A stretch of DNA of 64,000 nucleotides from Alphaproteobacteria bacterium (GTDB taxonomy: Bacteria; Pseudomonadota; Alphaproteobacteria; JANQMY01), in the NCBI GenBank assembly GCA_028289425.1, contig JANQPL010000014.1, positions 122,170 through 186,169 of the forward strand, in the 5' to 3' direction. Both the position numbers and the translations under genes were made by a program. Below, one piece after another: positions 1 to 10,345 of this stretch; positions within the stretch are counted from its first letter, which is position 1, and every line of letters starts with the position of its first letter. The notes beneath the pieces were generated by a model. It searched no databases. It saw only the letters and a list, made by a program, of their open reading frames with translations, and was not told where the DNA came from.

Positions 1-1
1 C

Positions 2-685
2 GAGTTTGCCTTTGTGGTGATCGGCCTTGCGCTCACCTTGGGTTTGATGCCGGCGGACACCGCCCAATTCATGCTGATCGTCACGGGCATCACCATGATG
101 CTCACTCCGATCGTCGCCGAGGTCGGGAAACGCATCGCCGCGGCAACGGAGCACGAACCCCATGCCGAACATCACGCCCATGGGGTGGATGCCTTTTCAG
201 AGGGCGAGGGGCACATTATTCTGGCGGGTTTCGGCCGCGTGGGGCGCATGCTGGCGCGCATCCTGGATCGGGAACATGTGACGTTTCTCGCTTTGGACTT
301 GGACGGTCCGTCGGTGGGAGAACAACGCAGCCTGGGCCGGCCCGTCTTCTATGGAGATGCCTCTCGCATTGAACTGCTTAAACGCGCGGGCGCGCAGACC
401 GCCGCCGCGGTGGTGGTTACCATGGACGACCCGGAAGCAGCGGAACGCGTGGTGAGCAGTGTACGGAGCAATTGGCCGGCCCTGCCGATTTACGCCCGGG
501 CGCGGGACCGGCAACACGCCCGCAGGCTGTTGGGACATGGCGCCACGGACGTGGTTCCCGAAACCGTCGAATCGAGCCTGCAATTGAGCCTGCGCGTGCT
601 GCGCGGCATCGGCACCTCGGAAGAGGTGTCCGCGAAGCGCATCAGCTTGGAGCGCGAAGCCGCCCTCGACGAGTTGAAACTCTAG
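2..685 (+). CDS. Partial (5'-truncated) glutathione-regulated K+ efflux / Kef-type cation:proton antiporter; last TM helix plus C-terminal RCK/TrkA-N NAD-binding domain.
   Basis: The reading frame is open from base 2. It encodes a hydrophobic helix followed by the ILAGFGRVGRMLARIL Rossmann motif and an RCK C-terminal region. The stop is at 685. Confidence 0.75.
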   Translation, partial: EFAFVVIGLALTLGLMPADTAQFMLIVTGITMMLTPIVAEVGKRIAAATEHEPHAEHHAHGVDAFSEGEGHIILAGFGRVGRMLARILDREHVTFLALDLDGPSVGEQRSLGRPVFYGDASRIELLKRAGAQTAAAVVVTMDDPEAAERVVSSVRSNWPALPIYARARDRQHARRLLGHGATDVVPETVESSLQLSLRVLRGIGTSEEVSAKRISLEREAALDELKL

Positions 686-686
686 A

Positions 687-1220
687 TCAAGAGCCCCAAT
701 AACGGAACCGGCCCGTATCCACATGGATGAATCCGGTTTTGGAGTAGAGCCCAACACCGCCGGCCTGGAGCGAGCGGGCGGCGGTATGTAGGTCAGTGAC
801 GGGCACACCAGCCATGGCGATATCGATGGCGCGGCCCTGCGTATGCAGGCTGCGCTTGGCCACACCACGGCCTTGTTGCCTTAGATTCGTGTTGGTTTTT
901 GGGGAACGGTAGCCGCAGATTACCTGGAACGGTTGGTTCGTCCCCACATTCCGGCTAATCCGGTGGAGCTGATTTAGCAGCGACCGATCGATCTGCATCA
1001 CTTCGTTCTGCCGCCAGTCACGCAGAACATGATCAATATCGGCGCAGGCACTCTCATCAAAGGCGCCGTCGGCCCAATAAACAGCAGACAGCTTTTCATT
1101 TGTGTGCAGATGATGAAAGGAGAGGCTTCTTACATCTCGAGCTTGTGCCGCCCTCGCCACAAAAGGCGTACACACGATCGCTCCAGCGACCGAGTACCTT
1201 AGAAATTCACGCCGCCGCAT
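687..1220 (-). CDS. DUF882 / peptidase M15A-like (YcbK family) protein with a Tat signal.
   Basis: The N-terminus is MRRREFLRYSVAGAIVCTPFVARAA, a twin-arginine signal. Conserved YcbK-like segments follow (GYRSPKTN, HTQGRAIDI). Confidence 0.7.
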   Translation of the reverse strand: MRRREFLRYSVAGAIVCTPFVARAAQARDVRSLSFHHLHTNEKLSAVYWADGAFDESACADIDHVLRDWRQNEVMQIDRSLLNQLHRISRNVGTNQPFQVICGYRSPKTNTNLRQQGRGVAKRSLHTQGRAIDIAMAGVPVTDLHTAARSLQAGGVGLYSKTGFIHVDTGRFRYWGS

Positions 1221-1329
1221 CTAGACAACTCCACAAATGGTTCTGCCCATCCGCCAATTGACTATTCCGCCTTGAAGGCAGGAATGTGGCCGTAAGCGAA
1301 ATGCCTCCCAGCCATTACACTGCTAGCGT

Positions 1330-1857
1330 TCAGCGCCCCGACCCAAGCCCCCGCAGCCAAGAGAAAAAACGGCTAATCTCATCGGCGCGGAACATGATGA
1401 GCAAGGCGACAACCGATAGCACCCAAGGTCCCAACAAGCGCCCAACCCCATCCCAGCCAATCGGAGGAGATGCGTCAACATAAAACAGAGTGTTCTGGAT
1501 CGCGGCCGGAAACGTGTCCAAAAAGAAGAAAAGTCCGATCAGGAAAGTACCGATGGCTAGCAAATCTCGGGCATCGATAGACGTCATGTCCACAACGCCA
1601 GCAGAATCGGCCGGCAGTGCCCACGCAGCTATTCTGCGCGCCAGAAACCAAAGCGTGCCGCTTACACAAATGAGCGAAATGTAATAAGCGTGGAGCAAAG
1701 CCTCGCCACCTAGAGCGAAAACGAATGGTATGTATCCGGCCATCGTCGTAAAGAACCAATAGGCCGCGAGTACCCGGATGATCACCATGGTAATTGCTTC
1801 GATAGCCGTCAATTGACCGTCCTCCGTCATTGATTCACTATACGGGGAATGAAACAC
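1330..1857 (-). CDS. Hypothetical integral membrane protein.
   Basis: 175 aa with several hydrophobic helices. No recognisable motif. Confidence 0.4.
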   Translation of the reverse strand: MFHSPYSESMTEDGQLTAIEAITMVIIRVLAAYWFFTTMAGYIPFVFALGGEALLHAYYISLICVSGTLWFLARRIAAWALPADSAGVVDMTSIDARDLLAIGTFLIGLFFFLDTFPAAIQNTLFYVDASPPIGWDGVGRLLGPWVLSVVALLIMFRADEISRFFSWLRGLGSGR

Positions 1858-1910
1858 ACACGAAAGTCGATCGGCCGCGATGCACTCACGTGGGCAACAA
1901 TCGAGGCGAA

Positions 1911-2996
1911 CTACAAAGACAGAATGAATCCGTCCTTCGGGTCGGCTTTACCGCTCAGCACTTCAAGATACACCTTCTCAACGGCGCCTTGTCCGCTTTC
2001 ACGCCGAACTGTCACCCACTCTTTGGTATGGGGTATGAACTTCGACCAGCTTTCGGCCACGCGGGATTGGAATCCCGCCGGGCTCCAGTCCTCCATACGC
2101 TTGCTCACGTGATCCGGGGCGAAAAACTGCGTGGGAGGAGCGCCCGGCAGACCATCGCGTCCGCCGGCGATCGCCTCCCAATGCGTGCCGCCCACAAGGC
2201 AGCTATATTTGAGATTATCCTTGTAGTGATGATGAATGTCGCTTAGCACCTTGGCATTTCCGGCCATGTCCACAAACACGGCCTGTTCCTCAGGCAGCAG
2301 TGAAATATCATCGTAACTGACGACAGTGTCATAGCAGCCCAAGTTCTTGACGAAGTCCGCATTGCCCGCAGATGTCAGCCCAACAACGGTTGGCCGATCT
2401 CCTTCCCGGTTGAAGAGGCAATACGCAAGGCCGATCGATGTTTTACTCGAGGCGCTCGACAGAACGATCGTTTGGGCACCAAAGAAGTCTTCGTCCGCAA
2501 TAAAATCATCGATCAGAAACGACGTAATAAACAAAGGCCGGAACAACATGATTTGCGGCTCCAAATCGCGACTATACATGGGGTCTTTGTCCGTGAACGT
2601 GTACTGATTATAGACATTATGCAGTTTTGCCCGATGGGCCGCGCCATCAAAGAACCCACTCGCTGTTGCTTTCGCAGGTTCTACGATCAGCTGATTGGAC
2701 ATGGGGAAATAGCCGTAAACACGATGGCCCTGCGACACCCCATCCGCACGCGTTTCAACCACGGTCCCAAATCCCCAAACGGGCACACGCCCATAGCCAT
2801 CCGTTGCCGGAAAAAAATCCCAATAGCGAAAAGACTCTCCTGCCACTGCATAGGTGATGTTATTGGCCGTGAAAGCGAAGGAATCCACACTTAACAAGGC
2901 CTGTCCGTTTTTGAGCCCCGCCACGTCATGACTTGCAAATCTTGTTTCCTGGAAATTGTCCTTCTTGACCTGAAAATCGGTGATGGTGTGTGTCAT
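1911..2996 (-). CDS. Hypothetical protein, DUF2855-like.
   Basis: 361 aa ORF with coding-like composition. The N-terminal pattern (TDFQVKKDNF, FRYWDFFPA) is recalled from DUF2855 proteins, from memory only. Confidence 0.45.
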   Translation of the reverse strand: MTHTITDFQVKKDNFQETRFASHDVAGLKNGQALLSVDSFAFTANNITYAVAGESFRYWDFFPATDGYGRVPVWGFGTVVETRADGVSQGHRVYGYFPMSNQLIVEPAKATASGFFDGAAHRAKLHNVYNQYTFTDKDPMYSRDLEPQIMLFRPLFITSFLIDDFIADEDFFGAQTIVLSSASSKTSIGLAYCLFNREGDRPTVVGLTSAGNADFVKNLGCYDTVVSYDDISLLPEEQAVFVDMAGNAKVLSDIHHHYKDNLKYSCLVGGTHWEAIAGGRDGLPGAPPTQFFAPDHVSKRMEDWSPAGFQSRVAESWSKFIPHTKEWVTVRRESGQGAVEKVYLEVLSGKADPKDGFILSL

Positions 2997-3017
2997 GTCT
3001 GTGGATCCTTTTTATGG

Positions 3018-3941
3018 TCAGCGCAGGTGATTGCCGACAATCTCTTCCGACACCTCGGTCAAGCGTCGCGCTAGTTCCTTATCGCGCGCATACTTACTCG
3101 GCGTTTGGGGATTGCAATCCGAAAAGTACAATCCGCTCACCCCGTCCAGTGACGGATGCGTTGCCACGTAACACTGGGTGGCCGCGCCCTGTGGAATTGT
3201 CCGCATCATCGGCAACAGCAGCACGCCCAAGGCCATGGAAAACAGACCCTCCATATTGCGCCCCAGGTTCGTGGCGATCACACCGGGGTGCAGCGAGTTT
3301 GCCGTGACGGACGTATCTTTCAGGCGCTCCGACAGGTCCAAGGCAAAAAGCGCATTGGCAAGCTTGGATTGTCCGTAGGCGCCCCAGGCGGAATACCCGT
3401 CTTCTCCGGAGAGATTGTCGAATTGTATGCCCCCCTTGGGCGCTTGTTGGTGCGCGGAACTCGACAGCATGACGATACGGCCGGCCGGTGCGTCCAGAAC
3501 TTGTGGCAACAGCCGGTTCACCAGAATGAAATGGCCAAGATGATTTGTGACGAATTGCAGTTCCAGGCCGTAGCGTTGTTCCAGCCGGGGCAACGCCATA
3601 ATCCCCGCATTGCAGATCAGCATATCGATGGGCGTATCAAGGCGCCTCACATCGTCCGAGCACGCGGTAACACTGTCAAAATCCGACAGCTCACAGGCAA
3701 CAGGCGTCGTTTTGCCTTTGACACTTGCGCAGGCTTCGGCTGCTTTTTCCTGGGTCCTGGCGGCACCGATCACATGGGCGCCGCGCATTGCCAGCACCCG
3801 CATGGTTTCAAGGCCCAGGCCCGAATTGCACCCGGTGACCAGGGCGGTCTTGCCGGAGAGATCAGTTCCCGCCGTTACCTGCTCGGCGGTCGACCGCCGG
3901 TTGAACGCGCTTTTGGGTGGATTTGTTTCGCGGGCGGCCAT
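3018..3941 (-). CDS. Short-chain dehydrogenase/reductase (SDR) family oxidoreductase.
   Basis: Gly-rich NAD(P) motif LSGKTALVTGCNSGLGLE and a classical SDR length of 307 aa. Confidence 0.8.
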   Translation of the reverse strand: MAARETNPPKSAFNRRSTAEQVTAGTDLSGKTALVTGCNSGLGLETMRVLAMRGAHVIGAARTQEKAAEACASVKGKTTPVACELSDFDSVTACSDDVRRLDTPIDMLICNAGIMALPRLEQRYGLELQFVTNHLGHFILVNRLLPQVLDAPAGRIVMLSSSAHQQAPKGGIQFDNLSGEDGYSAWGAYGQSKLANALFALDLSERLKDTSVTANSLHPGVIATNLGRNMEGLFSMALGVLLLPMMRTIPQGAATQCYVATHPSLDGVSGLYFSDCNPQTPSKYARDKELARRLTEVSEEIVGNHLR

Positions 3942-4146
3942 GGTGTCCTCTCGTTTATCTGTCGCTCTTTTTTATTCTTCTGAGGCCGAAGACACTCACT
4001 ATAGCCACGCCGCTGCCGGGGTGCACACAATTTCCGTGTTTGAAACCTGCTTGCGCCCCGTCTATTTTCAGCGCGGATGGCAATCAATGACGCCTTGCAG
4101 GCTTGCAACATTCGCGCTGCAGATAGCAAACAATGAGGACCGCTTC

Positions 4147-5385
4147 ATGAATGTGATGCCCGACGTGACCACCCCCGAAGATGCCGGCATGTGTGCTGAG
4201 CGTTTGGACCGGCTGCCCCGGTTCTTCCAGTCCTATCTTGAGCGCAAGAAAGTCTCCGGTCTCTCCCTGTTGGTGTCGCGCGGCGGTCAAATCGTCCATC
4301 AATCTCACCAAGGGGTCATGGATTGGGACACGAATAAACCGATTGCGGCCGATACGCTGTTCCGCATCTATTCGATGACCAAACCGATCACCAGCGTCGC
4401 GCTCATGATGCTGTATGAAGAAGGGGCCTTTCGGTTGGAACATGAGGTGTACCGCTATCTGCCGGCGTTTCGCGATAGCCAGGTATTTGAAAGCGGAGAT
4501 GCGGACAACTACACAACCCACGCGCCCGAACGCCCCATTCAAATTCGAGATCTGCTGACCCACACCTCCGGGCTGACGTACGATTTTTTGGTTCAACACC
4601 CGGTCGACAGGCTCTATCGGCGCGCCAAGCTGCGGGGCATCGGCGCCGAAGACATGAAGCTTGAAACCTTCGTCCAAAAACTTGCGGAACAGCCATTGGT
4701 ATTCTCGCCCGGCACCAAATGGAATTACAGCTTTGCAACGGACGTATGCGGACGACTAGTGGAAGTGCTGTCGGGCAAACCGTTGGACGCGTTTTTTGCG
4801 GAGCGCATTTTCAAGCCGCTCCAAATGCCGGATACGTTTTTCCGCGTGCCTCAAGACAAAGCCGACCGGCTTGCTTCCTGTTATGAGCGCGACCCGCAGA
4901 CCAAGGAAATCAAACTCCAGGACCGGGGTGCCACAAGCGCATATTTGAACGACCGCGCTTTCCTGTCGGGCGGCGGCGGGCTGGTGTCGTGCCTGAACGA
5001 CTATCATCGCTTTTGCCGGATGTTGTTGAATGGCGGCGAGTTGGACGGCCAACGTTTATTGAGCCCCACCACCGTGGAATTCATGACTCAAAACCATCTG
5101 CCTGGCGGCAAAACAATGGTCGACATGGGCGATGAAACCTTCAGCGAAACGCGCATGGACGGTTCGGGCTTTGGGCTTGGATTTTCGGTAGTGCTCAATC
5201 CGGCGGACGCCATGGCGCCGGTAAGCCAAGGCGCCTTTTCCTGGGGCGGTGCGGCCAGCACCTATTTTTGGATCGATCCGGCGGAGGATCTCATCGGCAT
5301 TATGATGACACAGCTCATGCCGTCCGCCGCCTACCCGCTGCGCCCCCAATTCCAACAGCTCGCTTACGCTGCAATCACAGAGTGA
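4147..5385 (+). CDS. Serine hydrolase of the beta-lactamase / esterase (class C-like, EstB-type) family.
   Basis: The S-x-x-K motif in YSMTKPITS marks a serine nucleophile. Overall layout is that of a family VIII esterase / beta-lactamase. The ORF track begins at 3610, but that 5' extension overlaps the antisense SDR gene, so the start was placed at the in-frame ATG at 4147. Confidence 0.7.
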   Translation: MNVMPDVTTPEDAGMCAERLDRLPRFFQSYLERKKVSGLSLLVSRGGQIVHQSHQGVMDWDTNKPIAADTLFRIYSMTKPITSVALMMLYEEGAFRLEHEVYRYLPAFRDSQVFESGDADNYTTHAPERPIQIRDLLTHTSGLTYDFLVQHPVDRLYRRAKLRGIGAEDMKLETFVQKLAEQPLVFSPGTKWNYSFATDVCGRLVEVLSGKPLDAFFAERIFKPLQMPDTFFRVPQDKADRLASCYERDPQTKEIKLQDRGATSAYLNDRAFLSGGGGLVSCLNDYHRFCRMLLNGGELDGQRLLSPTTVEFMTQNHLPGGKTMVDMGDETFSETRMDGSGFGLGFSVVLNPADAMAPVSQGAFSWGGAASTYFWIDPAEDLIGIMMTQLMPSAAYPLRPQFQQLAYAAITE

Positions 5386-5457
5386 CCACAATTCCGGTTC
5401 ATGTTATTTACCGATGCTGGGGAAATTAGACGTTCAAACGCTTGTCGTGGGGGATGA

Positions 5458-5952
5458 ATGCCTCGTCTTTTGTTTGCCATGATCTGCTTGGCCTTGGCCG
5501 CCTATCCGACCATTGCCGGCGCCAAATGTTCCGGCGAGGAACAAGGTTTTGTGAAATCGCGCTTGGGCGAAATGCCGGTCGACATCGTCTTCGACAACCG
5601 GTCGAGCGACTCGCTGACCCTTTATTGGATCGACTATGAAGGCAAGCGGCAAAAATATGCGACCATCAAACCACGCACCACTTTCACCCAATCCACATTC
5701 ATAACGCACCCTTGGGCCCTGGCACGGGGCACGAACGATTGCTATGGCTTGTTTTGGCCGGACGGCCAGACCCGCACAATCGTCATTGAATCGCTTTACG
5801 ATGTAAGGACGGGTCCTTTGTGGGGGGATGAGGACGCCGCCGACGTATGTCCCGGTAAATGTTCCGAATTTGAAGCCCGGTGGACCGGTGAGTGGCGCAA
5901 TGTGATCCCCGCCGTGCGCTCCGCCTGCCAATGCGTCGGCGGGAAAGGGTAG
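5458..5952 (+). CDS. Secreted protein with a von Hippel-Lindau beta-domain-like fold.
   Basis: N-terminal signal peptide MPRLLFAMICLALAAYPTIAGA. The segment VFDNRSSDSLTLYWIDYEGKRQKYATIKP...HPW aligns to the pVHL beta-domain pattern [28 protein letters not shown]...HLW. Confidence 0.5.
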   Translation: MPRLLFAMICLALAAYPTIAGAKCSGEEQGFVKSRLGEMPVDIVFDNRSSDSLTLYWIDYEGKRQKYATIKPRTTFTQSTFITHPWALARGTNDCYGLFWPDGQTRTIVIESLYDVRTGPLWGDEDAADVCPGKCSEFEARWTGEWRNVIPAVRSACQCVGGKG

Positions 5953-6299
5953 CACGGAGCGTGCCTTACCCTACAGATGTCGCCCCAAACTTGATTTGGG
6001 GCCCACAAACACCATAGCCGATGCTCTGACGCCAGGGAACCAAGCTACCCAGTAGACACAAATCGAAGGCGACAGTGGCTATGGGCCCCAGCTTTCGCTG
6101 GGGCGACAGGATGCGTATGGCTTTCCGCCAGCCAAACCCATGACGTTATCCAATTGCGAACTGAGAAGGCCAATAACACTCTTTCAATTGATCTATGGCA
6201 ATCGATCAACCGTTGACCTGGATCATGGTTTCCCATGGTGGCTTTCGAACATGATGGTCAAATCCCGACCAACACCGTTTCGAAGGAGCAAGAACCGCC

Positions 6300-7376
6300 A
6301 TGCCCCAGATGATGAAGGCTGCCCTTTTCGTTGAACCCGGCCGCATCGCCTTAGACGACAAACCCGTTCCGGATGTGGGACCAAACGAAGCGCTCATCCG
6401 CATCACCACCACTACGATCTGCGGGACCGATGTTCACATTCTCAAAGGCGAATACCCGGTCGCCAAAAATCTCACCGTGGGCCACGAACCCGTTGGTGTC
6501 ATCGAGAAGTTGGGGCGCAATGTGGAAGGATATTCCGAGGGCCAACGGGTCATCGCCGGCGCCATTTGTCCGAGCGGTACATCCAATGCGTGCTTGGATG
6601 GCCTGTACGCCCAGGACGGCCAATGTTCAGAGCATGGCCTCAAACCCATGGGCGGATGGCGTTTCGGCAATACCATTGACGGATCGCAGGCCGACTATCT
6701 GCTGGTGCCGGATGCCATGGCCAATTTGGCGCCGGTGCCCGAAGGACTGAGCGACGAGCAAGTGCTCATGTGCCCCGACATCATGTCGACCGGATTTGCC
6801 GGCGCAGAGTCCGGCAATATCAGGATTGGCGACACGGTTGCCGTGTTCGCCCAAGGCCCCATCGGCCTGTGTGCGACGGCCGGCGCCAAGCTGCGCGGTG
6901 CAACCACCATCATTGGCGTAGAGACCGTGCCCGAACGGATGGATATGTCCAAACGGGTGGGCGCCGATATCGTGGTCGACTTCTCCTCATCCGACCCGGT
7001 GGAGGAAATTATGAAAATCACCGGCGGCCGCGGCGTCGACGTGGCGATCGAAGCGCTTGGACTGCAATCCACTTTCGAGAGTTGCCTCAAAGTGCTGAAA
7101 CCCGGCGGCACCTTGTCGAGCCTTGGTGTCTATGCGGACGATCTTACAATTCCCCTTAGTGCCTTTCACGCAGGCCTGGGGGACCACAAAATCGTCACCT
7201 CCCTCTGCCCTGGAGGCAAGGAACGCATGCGGCGGCTGATGAATGTGATTGGGTCCGGCCGTATCGACCTGGAACCAATGATCACCCATCGTTTTGCGCT
7301 TGATCAAATCGAGGAAGCTTACGACCTGTTCGCAAACCAGCGGGACGGTGTGCTGAAGGTCGCGGTTACGCCGTAG
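6300..7376 (+). CDS. Zinc-dependent NAD(P)-alcohol dehydrogenase (MDR family).
   Basis: Catalytic zinc ligands in ICGTDVH, GHEPVG and the GAICPSGTSNAC segment. A Rossmann fold follows. 358 aa. Confidence 0.8.
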   Translation: MPQMMKAALFVEPGRIALDDKPVPDVGPNEALIRITTTTICGTDVHILKGEYPVAKNLTVGHEPVGVIEKLGRNVEGYSEGQRVIAGAICPSGTSNACLDGLYAQDGQCSEHGLKPMGGWRFGNTIDGSQADYLLVPDAMANLAPVPEGLSDEQVLMCPDIMSTGFAGAESGNIRIGDTVAVFAQGPIGLCATAGAKLRGATTIIGVETVPERMDMSKRVGADIVVDFSSSDPVEEIMKITGGRGVDVAIEALGLQSTFESCLKVLKPGGTLSSLGVYADDLTIPLSAFHAGLGDHKIVTSLCPGGKERMRRLMNVIGSGRIDLEPMITHRFALDQIEEAYDLFANQRDGVLKVAVTP

Positions 7377-7545
7377 CCCCGTGCCCGTCAACCTTTATGG
7401 AGTTGCCTCGCTCCGCAACAATCCCCATTTCGTCATGCCAGCGCTTGTCCCTGGCATCCGGAGCGATATTCAAAAGCCCCTGTTTCAGAGGCCTGGATCG
7501 CAGAAATCCATTGTCGCTCGCCTTGGGATGACGCTTCAAGAGTAG

Positions 7546-9300
7546 TCAGCCCCGAGAATATTTCGCCATGCGGTCGCGCAAGGGGGGCTTGAGGATCTTG
7601 CCGTTGGCGTTGCGCTCCAGCGGCTCCTCCTGGGTTTCGATGGCGATCGGCACTTTGAAAGAGGCGAGCTGGCCGGACACATGGGCTTGCAGCTCTTCTT
7701 GCGTTGCCTTTTGCCCCGGGGCGAGCTGCACGATCGCCCCCACTTCTTCGCCCAACACTTTGTGCGGGATACCCACGACCGCGGCGTCCATTACCGCCGG
7801 GTGATTGTAAAGCGCGTCTTCCACCTCGACGCAGTAGACGTTTTCACCGCCGCGGATCAACATGTCCTTGGCCCGGTCGAGAATGTAAACGAACCCTTCT
7901 TCGTCCATGCGCACGAGATCGCCACTTTTCAACCATCCGTCCTCGAATGATTTTGCGGTCGCCTCCGGCTTGTTCCAGTAGCCCTTCACCACATTGGGGC
8001 CTTTGATCCACAATTCACCCACGTCGCCCTGTGGCAACTCGTTGCCATCGCTATCGACCACTTTAAGGTCGACCACTGGCACCGCGACACCGGCGCTGTC
8101 GGGACGGTTCACATAATCCTCCCCGCTGTGCTGGGTGGTGATCGCCGAGGTTTCGGTAAGCCCATAGCCTTGACCGGGCTGCACGTTGGGAAACGCTTCT
8201 TTGATGCGGCGAACCAGCTCCGGTGAGCTGGGCGCACCGCCATAGGACACGCTTTCTACCGCCGACAAATCGTATTTGGAGAAGTTGGGGGATTCGAGCA
8301 CCTGCCAAACGATCGCCGGAACGCCACCGAAGGCGTTGATGCGTTCGCGTTCCATGATCTGCATGGCCTCTTCCACTTCCCACTTGTACATCATGACAAG
8401 CTTGGCGCCGCCCGCCAGCACAGGCACCAAAATCGAGTAACACCCGGTCGCGTGAAACAGCGGCACAGAAATCAGCATGGCCCGCTGGGGATCGTCAGGG
8501 CTGGGCGTCGGCGGCATTTCTCCCCGGCGCATAAAGGCGCGCGCGCCGCCCAAAAGTGTGCTCATCAAATTGGTGGACACATTTCGATGGGTACCCAACG
8601 CGCCTTTCGGCTTGCCGGTCGTCCCTGACGTATAGAAGATGGTCATATCGTCATCAGGCTGAATATCGGCAGGCGGCAGGCCGAGATCTTCAAGGCCCGC
8701 ATAATCGGACGTTCGGCCTACCAAGTCTTCGAAGGCGTCGGCGCGGCCGAGCTTGTCGCGCGGGCAGCGCACGCCGATCAATCCGCGCAGCTCCAACCCA
8801 TACACATGGGGCTCAAGCTCCTGGAGCTTACGGCCGTCTGCGATCACCACGCAGGATCCCGAATCCTGTATGCCGTATTCCATTTCCGGGCCGGTCCACC
8901 AGGCATTGAGCGGCACGATAATCGCGCCTAAAGACACTGTCGCCCAAAAGACTACCGACCATTCGGGATAGTTCCGCATGATGAGGCAAACCCGGTCGCC
9001 TTTTTTGATGCCGTATTTGTCGGCCAGCACATGGGCGAATTTCTTCACCGCCTTGGTGTGGGCTGCGAAGGTGACGCGCTCATCCTCGTAGACCATGTAG
9101 TCCCGGTCCGCCCACGCCTCGGATAATGCAAAAATGTCCCTCAAGGTCGCCGGCGCGTTTTTATACGTACGGATATCGACCCCGCGAATGTTCACGGTTT
9201 CCATCTCGAAGGGCGACCCTTCTGCGGTTAAGAAGGCATGGGCCTCGTCGACGGTCATGGCGGGCCAAGCAGTATTCTCAGATGACATGTGCTTCCTCAC
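7546..9300 (-). CDS. AMP-dependent synthetase/ligase (acyl-CoA synthetase).
   Basis: AMP-binding motif YTSGTTGKPKGA and a C-terminal GWLKSGDLVRMDEEGFVYILDRAKDMLIRGGENVY motif. 584 aa. Confidence 0.85.
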   Translation of the reverse strand: MRKHMSSENTAWPAMTVDEAHAFLTAEGSPFEMETVNIRGVDIRTYKNAPATLRDIFALSEAWADRDYMVYEDERVTFAAHTKAVKKFAHVLADKYGIKKGDRVCLIMRNYPEWSVVFWATVSLGAIIVPLNAWWTGPEMEYGIQDSGSCVVIADGRKLQELEPHVYGLELRGLIGVRCPRDKLGRADAFEDLVGRTSDYAGLEDLGLPPADIQPDDDMTIFYTSGTTGKPKGALGTHRNVSTNLMSTLLGGARAFMRRGEMPPTPSPDDPQRAMLISVPLFHATGCYSILVPVLAGGAKLVMMYKWEVEEAMQIMERERINAFGGVPAIVWQVLESPNFSKYDLSAVESVSYGGAPSSPELVRRIKEAFPNVQPGQGYGLTETSAITTQHSGEDYVNRPDSAGVAVPVVDLKVVDSDGNELPQGDVGELWIKGPNVVKGYWNKPEATAKSFEDGWLKSGDLVRMDEEGFVYILDRAKDMLIRGGENVYCVEVEDALYNHPAVMDAAVVGIPHKVLGEEVGAIVQLAPGQKATQEELQAHVSGQLASFKVPIAIETQEEPLERNANGKILKPPLRDRMAKYSRG

Positions 9301-9440
9301 TCCTATTATCCGCGCTTGATGCCCCAGTTGCGGCCCCTAATCAAGTTCGCCTCACGGGATTTTCAATTGACGCTTACCTAATCGAAGCGGAGCCCCTATA
9401 GTCCCCACCAAAATATTGGCACCGTTACAGGAGGATCCAC

Positions 9441-10337
9441 ATGGCCCGCATGCCCGCAATGTCTCTCGCCGCCGTTCCCACCCGGCGCCAAAGAACCCTC
9501 GAAGTCGCGACGGAAGCGGAGAAGCGGGGCTTTGCCGGCCTGTTCTGCCCAAGCCTGGGCGACCCCATCGCGCTGTGCCAATCCATTGCCCATGTAACCA
9601 ACGAAATCACCTTCGGCACCGCCATTCAGCCTATCTACTATCGGCACCCGGTCGAACTGGCGCGCACCTCCGCCTTTATCAACGAAATCAGCAATGGCCG
9701 GTTCCGCCTGGGCATCGGCGTGAGCCACGGGCCCGTCTATCAGCGCTATGGCCTCAGTGTCGGCAAGCCATTGTCCGATATTCGCGACTATGTGAACGCC
9801 ATGCGGGAAGCGGAAAAAGAGGCAGGCCCCCTGCCGCCCATCACGCTTGCCACACTGCGCGACAAAATGTTGGATCTGGCGCTTGAGATTTCCGACGGCG
9901 CGGTCTGGGCCAATGGCTGCCGTAGCAATATGCCGAAGCAATTGAAAGTCACCGAGGGCAAAGAAAACTTCTTCATTGGCGACATGATCCCCACCGTGAT
10001 CGATGACGACAAAGAAGCCGCTGCTGCCGTGAACAGAAAAACGCTGACGGGATATGTTCAGCTTCCCAACTATCGCAACTATTGGCGCGCCTGCGGATAC
10101 GTTGAAGAAATGGACGCTATCGAACAAGCAATCGAAGCCAAAGAATTCGACAAACTGCCAAGCCTGATGAGCGACAAGTGGTTGTCGGACAACACCCTTT
10201 ACGGCAGTGCTACGGAAGTGCGGGATGGCATCGAAGCGTGGTTTGATTCAGGTGTCAGCACACCGATTATCGTGCCGTCGTCCACCAAAGGCGGACAAAT
10301 GAAAGCGATCGAGGAGTTCTTTGCGCTGTACGCTTAG
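9441..10337 (+). CDS. LLM-class (luciferase-like) flavin-dependent oxidoreductase.
   Basis: Luciferase-like monooxygenase TIM-barrel pattern (RFRLGIGVSHGP; length and composition). 298 aa. Confidence 0.65.
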   Translation: MARMPAMSLAAVPTRRQRTLEVATEAEKRGFAGLFCPSLGDPIALCQSIAHVTNEITFGTAIQPIYYRHPVELARTSAFINEISNGRFRLGIGVSHGPVYQRYGLSVGKPLSDIRDYVNAMREAEKEAGPLPPITLATLRDKMLDLALEISDGAVWANGCRSNMPKQLKVTEGKENFFIGDMIPTVIDDDKEAAAAVNRKTLTGYVQLPNYRNYWRACGYVEEMDAIEQAIEAKEFDKLPSLMSDKWLSDNTLYGSATEVRDGIEAWFDSGVSTPIIVPSSTKGGQMKAIEEFFALYA

Positions 10338-10345
10338 CGAACCAT

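Noticed and set aside
3156-3983. 275-aa plus-strand ORF, and the 3610..4146 5' extension of the beta-lactamase ORF.
   Set aside because: Both overlap the SDR gene on the opposite strand. The hydrolase homology starts only near 4147.
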